Part shown: positions 57,895 through 64,000 of the stretch, piece by piece
How positions within the stretch are numbered: position 1 is the stretch's first letter
Layout of the letters: every line of letters starts with the position of its first letter
Origin: the human T2T-CHM13v2.0 reference genome, Homo sapiens
Direction: 5' to 3' (one strand)
DNA length: 64,000 bases
Assembly: GCF_009914755.1 (NCBI RefSeq)
Contig: NC_060944.1
Notes under the pieces: generated by a model
Told to the model about the DNA's origin: nothing
The model's database searches: none
Seen by the model: only the letters and a program-made list of their open reading frames with translations
Position numbers and translations under genes: made by a program

Positions 57895-58378
57895 GTAAGT
57901 GCCGCGCTAGTCTATTTACTTTAAAAGTTTTCCTGTGTTGAAGTTTCTGCTTTTGCAAAACCTGTAATGTATTTGAACACAAATCTGTTTCCTCTTTTCC
58001 CAGAAGCTTTTTATTGGTAATGGAAAATTGCCTTGTATCTTTTCCAAAACAGTACAGCTGTTTTCCTCTTAGATAAAAATGTTTTTGCAAGCTGTAACAT
58101 TCAAGTGACAGGGTTGTCTATGGGCCATAGAAAATGGGAACCTTTTATTTGTCCTTAGCTTTATTAAAAGTTTGTATAACTTTTATTTTAAACTTTAGTT
58201 ACTTCCCTTATGTTTGCAATGATTATGAACAGTTTAGTTAGAACCTTTATTTGTTGTTTTGCCTTGAAGTTACTGGACTGTTGCTTAGCTTGCAAGTCTT
58301 TTGTGGGTTTTGTATGTTGGGGAAGGGGATGTTAAAAATGCAGGCTGCTGTGAATTAATGAGTTGCCTCTGTTTATAG

Positions 58379-58469
58379 AAATGCGATGATGTTCAATAAT
58401 GATTTGATGGCAGATGTACATTTTGTGGTTGGGCCACCAGGTGGGACTCAACGGTTGCCAGGACACAAA
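58379..58469 (+). CDS. BTBD3: BTBD3 coding exon 2 (91 nt; start of BTB domain)
   Basis: Acceptor tttatag| at 58378, encodes (R)NAMMFNNDLMADVHFVVGPPGGTQRLPGHK, donor AAA|GTAAGC at 58470; cumulative 417 nt keeps frame. Confidence 0.97.
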
Positions 58470-59010
58470 GTAAGCAACAGCTGCATGACCGGTTTAGTCC
58501 TGACGTTTACAAAGAGGGACCCTTTCCATAAGCCTGTAACTTGGTGTGGGCAGCTTGCCGATGTCAGGCAGTGCATGTTTCACTCGATTAGGGAGAGAGC
58601 GCACCCTCTCCAGAGGGCTTTGGCCACGCTTAATTTTTTCTTTGTTTCCTTCTATACTGCTTTATATCTCACACATCCCCTCTTAACTCTCCAGACATGG
58701 GAAGTTGTTGTGACAGGTCAGGAAAGTCGTATGTTTACCCTTCTCCTAGAAATTAGTTATGTAAGCTATTATTGTATGTATTTAGTAATGAGGGGACATG
58801 TGCATTAATCTCTTAAAGCTTTGAAATAATTAGCAGCATGGTCTTATGCTTCCATGGCAAGCTACCCTGTGTACCTTGGCTTTTTCAAAGCAGTAGATTT
58901 TAGGTACGCTATGTTTACTAAACCTGATTGCCTAGTGTTGTTTTTCTGCATTGATTTGCTGGAAATGCCTTCAATTTAGTGTATGAAATAAGATTTCCCT
59001 TTCTACACAG

Positions 59011-59129
59011 TATGTTTTAGCTGTTGGGAGCTCTGTGTTCCATGCGATGTTTTACGGAGAACTTGCAGAGGACAAAGATGAAATCCGTATACCAGATGTC
59101 GAACCTGCTGCTTTTCTCGCTATGCTGAA
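59011..59129 (+). CDS. BTBD3: BTBD3 coding exon 3 (119 nt; BTB domain), absent from the ORF track
   Basis: Acceptor tttccctttctacacag|, translates [39 protein letters not shown](K), donor AA|GTAAGC at 59130. Confidence 0.97.
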
Positions 59130-61926
59130 GTAAGCATCATTCGTGTGTTTGGAAAGAGTTTGTTTATGCTGTATTTGTACCCTGCTGGTTTCACAGTTAA
59201 ATTTAAGTTCTGCATAACAGAAAAGAAGACTGATGAAGAAAGAGGGTGCTGCTTACCTTGTAAATGTTTTCGGAAAAGAACACTTTAGCTTTCCGTGGAA
59301 AGCATATGGAATTATGCAGCATTTATAATCGCACCTTGACGTAGAATTTGGGAGCAAGTGGCATGTATAGTGATGATTTTTAACAACTTAAAATTAAAGA
59401 CAAATAACTTTCTGGTATTAGCATTATTTAATAGAAGATGTTCTCTCTGAAAGCATTGTGTGTGAAAAAGTCTTTAAACAAATGTTTTTGCTTCACAATT
59501 TCAGAAGTTAAGTACCTTATTTAAGTAACACCAGTTGGGAGATTTCTGAGTATTCTAAGAGTTATTGTCTCCTAAGAGCAAATGAAAAACTTACCATCTG
59601 TTGAAATAATCTGATCTTTGTGTACACATACATATACATACTCATATAAAATCAGACACTCTCAAGGGTAAAAAGTACTTGCATTTGACATTACAGGGGA
59701 AATCTTAGAAAGATATGGATAGTCTCGTACAGTTTCATGTGGATTTATACAGAAGAACTTTCATTGGTAATACAGAAGTATGAAACTTAAAGATACGTTA
59801 TATATTTATAAAAAAGATAGTTTTCTGTCTGGTGGGTCTTCTGCAGGCACCAGTATGTGTTAAACAGGTTATAGAATCAGCTTCTTTATCATGTACGGTA
59901 CTAGACAGTGTGGTAGTTCACCAAGTGATCATAATCTAATTATTATTCTAAGTAGTATTTATATGATTTTTCCTAATCTTTATTCTAGCACAGCAAAGTG
60001 TATTACTTTAAGGTTATCTGTTGCTCTAGGGATTTCAGTTCATTGGAATAAGTAAAATGTTTGTTGAAAAAAGTATTCAGTGGGTCAACAAGTTGGACAG
60101 TACTCCTACATATAGTTAAAATGTTGCCATACATTGTTTACTGTCTTCTGAAAAATAAGTACTGTAGTTAGTTCTAGAACTTAAAAGTATTTAATTCATT
60201 ATTCATCTTACAGTTTTGAAATATAATTGTCACTGACAAGACCTTCACAGTAGGGGATAGGGAAATTAAAGGCAAGTGAGCATGTGAAGTACCAAAATGT
60301 AAACTAATCTGCTACTTTTAACCTTTGTAATCTTTTGGAGATATATGTACAGAAACCAGTTTTACCTGCAAGTATCCCCACTGCATGAAGTCAGCTTTGT
60401 ATTTTTTATAGTGTTTTCTGTTGCTGAGGAGATTGCTAGCACTAGTTCAGCATTTTGTCTTCACTGCAGTCAAGTAGGATGTTGTATCATTCCTGATATA
60501 TACATAATTAGGAAACATGAACAAGAATGGCAGAGAATTACATCTCACCTAAGTCATTTGATGAATCATTTGACAAGTATCTTTTCCCACAGATGCATTG
60601 CCTATAGCAGATATTGATAAAGCTTTATAAAATTATACATGCAGTCCACAAAATGTGGTAAGATCAGAAATGAGTCAGGTGCCATTTGCTCTAGTGCTGT
60701 AGTTGTGAAAGCGGTGGCCTGCTTCATCGAGTATGAGTAGCCAGTATTCCTGGGGTTGTCAGAAAAAGAGGACAGCTGCTCCCTTGACAGTTCCAGGGTA
60801 AGAGCTCGAAAGTGCTGACCATGCTCTAGGATCCTCCCCAGGGTCCTGGCTCACAGTCAGAGCATCACTGAGCCGCAGGTGTACTATCAAGTGGCCTTGC
60901 CATCAGTAGGTGACTTCGCCTATCAGAGAAGAGAAAGGTTCCTGTGAGCAAAAAGGCAGGTTTCATTTGTGCTCGTGGACATTTTTCTCATTGCCATTCT
61001 TGTGTTTTACTTTCTTATAGAAGCTGTTGCTAATTTCTTAAGTTTTATGTGTTTCACTAAGGTGAAATACAATAACTAAAGGAAAACTCAAGATAAAGTA
61101 GCTGTAGACCTTAGGTAGAAGAGAAGCAGATGATGACTACCTTTACGTGCCTCTTTGGGAGACTGCCACTGTCTCCCAAAAAGTGTATCCTGTGAAGTGT
61201 TTTATATCCTGAAATAAGGACAGTTCACAGAAGCACAGGAATAATACATATTTAAGCTTTCCTACTTTGTCTTTTAATTAAATATATCTGGAAATAATGT
61301 AATCTTGAATTCTGAAGGTAGAAGGAATGTGTGGAGAAGGAAGAGTTTTGAGTTTAAAAAACAAAAACAAATAAAAAGTCTGTTGGATTCTATGTAAAGT
61401 TAACTGGACGATAGCATTGCAGTCCATACTTTTGATAATCCATTGAACTTGGAACTATTTGGAAAATATTAATCTCAGGTTTTATTTTGTGCTTAGGAAA
61501 ACTCCAAAAGCATGAAGATGCAATAATTGCTCTTAAAACATAACGAGACTATTCTTGGTTAAATATAATGTAGTATATATAATAGAATTTTGCTATTTTT
61601 TTGTAATGTTGACTATTCAATATGCAGTTGTTTTTCAGTTTCAATAGCTTCTGTTTTGTTGAGATGACACTGAATGCAGCTTATAAAATAGAGGCTAGAA
61701 TGGTAGCACAAAGTTAATATCTTTAATTATACAAACTTTACTACTGGGTTAAAATATTAATAATTTATTAATATGTTTCGAATGTTCCTTTACTCTGCAA
61801 ATATGTTTGTATTAACTGTCACATAAGATGATGTTCTCAGAACAAACTTGAAAGTGGTTGTATCTTTTCTTGCTGGATGTACTCATTTTGTGAAAATTCC
61901 ACTTACATGTTATGTGCTTTTTACAG

Positions 61927-62959
61927 ATATATCTATTGTGATGAAATTGACTTGGCTGCTGACACAGTGCTGGCCACACTTTATGCTGCCAAAAAGTACA
62001 TTGTCCCTCACCTTGCCAGAGCCTGTGTTAATTTCCTGGAGACCAGCCTGAGTGCCAAGAATGCCTGTGTGCTCCTCTCCCAGAGCTGCCTGTTCGAGGA
62101 GCCAGACCTGACCCAGCGTTGCTGGGAGGTGATTGATGCCCAGGCTGAGTTAGCTCTCAAGTCTGAGGGATTCTGCGATATTGACTTCCAGACACTAGAA
62201 AGTATTCTCCGTAGGGAAACTCTGAATGCCAAAGAAATTGTGGTTTTTGAGGCAGCTCTCAACTGGGCTGAAGTAGAATGCCAACGACAAGATCTGGCGT
62301 TGAGCATTGAAAATAAACGCAAGGTTCTAGGAAAGGCACTTTACTTGATCCGCATACCCACAATGGCCCTCGATGATTTTGCAAATGGTGCTGCACAGTC
62401 CGGGGTATTAACTCTCAATGAGACCAACGACATCTTCCTCTGGTATACTGCAGCCAAAAAGCCTGAGCTTCAGTTTGTGAGTAAAGCCCGTAAGGGCCTT
62501 GTCCCCCAGCGCTGTCACCGTTTCCAGTCGTGTGCCTATCGAAGCAACCAATGGCGCTATCGTGGTCGCTGTGACAGCATCCAGTTTGCAGTTGATAAAA
62601 GAGTGTTCATTGCTGGCTTTGGGCTGTATGGCTCCAGCTGTGGTTCTGCAGAATACAGTGCCAAGATTGAACTTAAGCGGCAGGGCGTTGTCCTGGGGCA
62701 GAACTTGAGCAAGTACTTCTCAGATGGGTCCAGCAATACCTTTCCCGTATGGTTTGAATACCCAGTGCAGATCGAGCCAGACACCTTCTACACAGCCAGT
62801 GTGATACTGGATGGCAATGAACTCAGCTACTTTGGACAAGAAGGCATGACAGAAGTTCAGTGTGGCAAAGTGACTGTCCAGTTTCAGTGCTCCTCAGATA
62901 GCACCAATGGCACTGGGGTACAGGGAGGGCAGATCCCTGAACTTATATTCTATGCTTGA
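61927..62959 (+). CDS. BTBD3: BTBD3 last coding exon (end of BTB, BACK and PHR domains; stop TGA 62957-62959)
   Basis: Acceptor tgtgctttttacag| at 61926; (K)YIYCDEIDL...GGQIPELIFYA*; total spliced CDS 326+91+119+1033=1569 nt = 522 aa + stop. Confidence 0.98.
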
Positions 62960-64000
62960 AAACTCACTTCCTGAAGCAGCTTGAGCTCCAAAGTGCACAT
63001 CTGGTTCCAACTTGCCTGATGCTTAGCTCATCTGCAAATATGTGATCAGTGCCGGTAATTTGTAATGAATGAAGCGGTAGGCAGGTTCTAATTTCTTTTA
63101 ACCTTTTAATTATGTACAGGCAAAAATGCAGCATTCCGCTTTTAACTATCTGCTTAAAAGAGCTAACGTTCTTATTAAGGCTTTGTGGTTTTTAGAGTTG
63201 CATCTATGAACCTGGGGAGATTATGTGCTTTCCCAAGCGTTCCACCACCCTCTCAGTTTTGTCCCTCTGAAGATAATTTTGGATCACCTTGAATTTCCTT
63301 TTGGACGTTATTTGATGAACAGAAATAAAGTGATAACAAGAGTTATTTTTAAACAGAACTCCTCTTACCCCCCAAAACAGATAAACCTCAGTGTACAATT
63401 TTGAAAGAAGTTTTGCCTTGTAATGAGTAATAATTTAGAAAGTAGACAGTGGTTGTGTTTGGCTCTCGTTTTATTCCTTTTACATTTGTTGCTTCTGGGA
63501 TTTAAAAAATTACTAAATTCATAAGATAGTTAGGTATTAAACACTTCAGAATATCAATGTAAAATTGGAAAATAAGGAACTGGGGGCATTTGTTTAGGCC
63601 ATGACTTCTACAAGCAGATTTCTTTTCTTTTAGTTTAGAAGACAAAAAATTTCAATACAGATACTTCTTTTAGAAGTAAATTTTTAGATTTTATTGTCAG
63701 TAGAAAAAAGTTAAACTCCTACTAATTTAAACTAAGACAGTTTAAAAAGGAAGCCTGAAAAAGACTCATACTACAAATAATTTAATTGATGGCATATAAG
63801 AATATGCAGTTTGAAAAAGCCAAACTCTTCTCTCCACTTAGCTTTTGATCCCCACTGTTTGCTTATTTGTATAAGTCATACTGTGTAGAATTTCTATTTT
63901 CTTTTTCCCCATTAAAAGAGGACCAAACAATTCTTTATACAAATGGAGTAGCAACTAGTTTTGTAGCACTACATTTAATGTAATGAGATACCTTTGTTCA
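62960..64000 (+). other. BTBD3: BTBD3 3'UTR (probably continues beyond the window)
   Basis: AT-rich, repeat-free sequence after the stop; AATAAA at 63324-63329 and ATTAAA near 63535 and 63911. Confidence 0.8.

Noticed and set aside
58591-58617. Alternative mini-hairpins ggagag/ctctcc/agaggg in intron 2
   Set aside because: Stems of only 6 bp, expected by chance
61877-61926. ORF-track start MYSFCENSTYMLCAFYR giving a 360-aa protein
   Set aside because: Intronic read-through upstream of the true acceptor at 61926; spliced phase arithmetic gives the 522-aa product
57656-62784. Antisense ORFs overlapping BTBD3 exons (144, 104 and 75 aa)
   Set aside because: Shadow frames of the coding strand with no independent support

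Overview
Primate (human-like) genomic DNA, repeat-rich, carrying the complete coding sequence of BTBD3 on the + strand. Four GT-AG coding exons (57569-57894, 58379-58469, 59011-59129, 61927-62959) join to 1569 nt = 522 aa (BTB-BACK-PHR); the 3'UTR runs off the window. Two promoter regions are visible: a CpG island at ~29.9-30.9 kb with a strong donor at 30248, and a CCAAT-rich proximal promoter at ~57.1 kb. The rest is mostly Alu, L1, L2, MIR, LTR and DNA-transposon fossils, often nested; subfamily names are by eye and boundaries of old elements are approximate. I see no evidence of a new multi-gene system. The best leads are: (1) the CpG-island exon is stop-free and in frame with BTBD3 through an acceptor hidden inside the first coding exon, allowing a possible 565-aa isoform; (2) two L1 insertions with apparent 3' transductions; (3) a ~180-200 bp diverged non-Alu inverted repeat in intron 1; (4) an AG|GT juxtaposed splice site at 31836; (5) a doubly deleted AluYd-like element; (6) a MADE1 (miR-548-type) hairpin.
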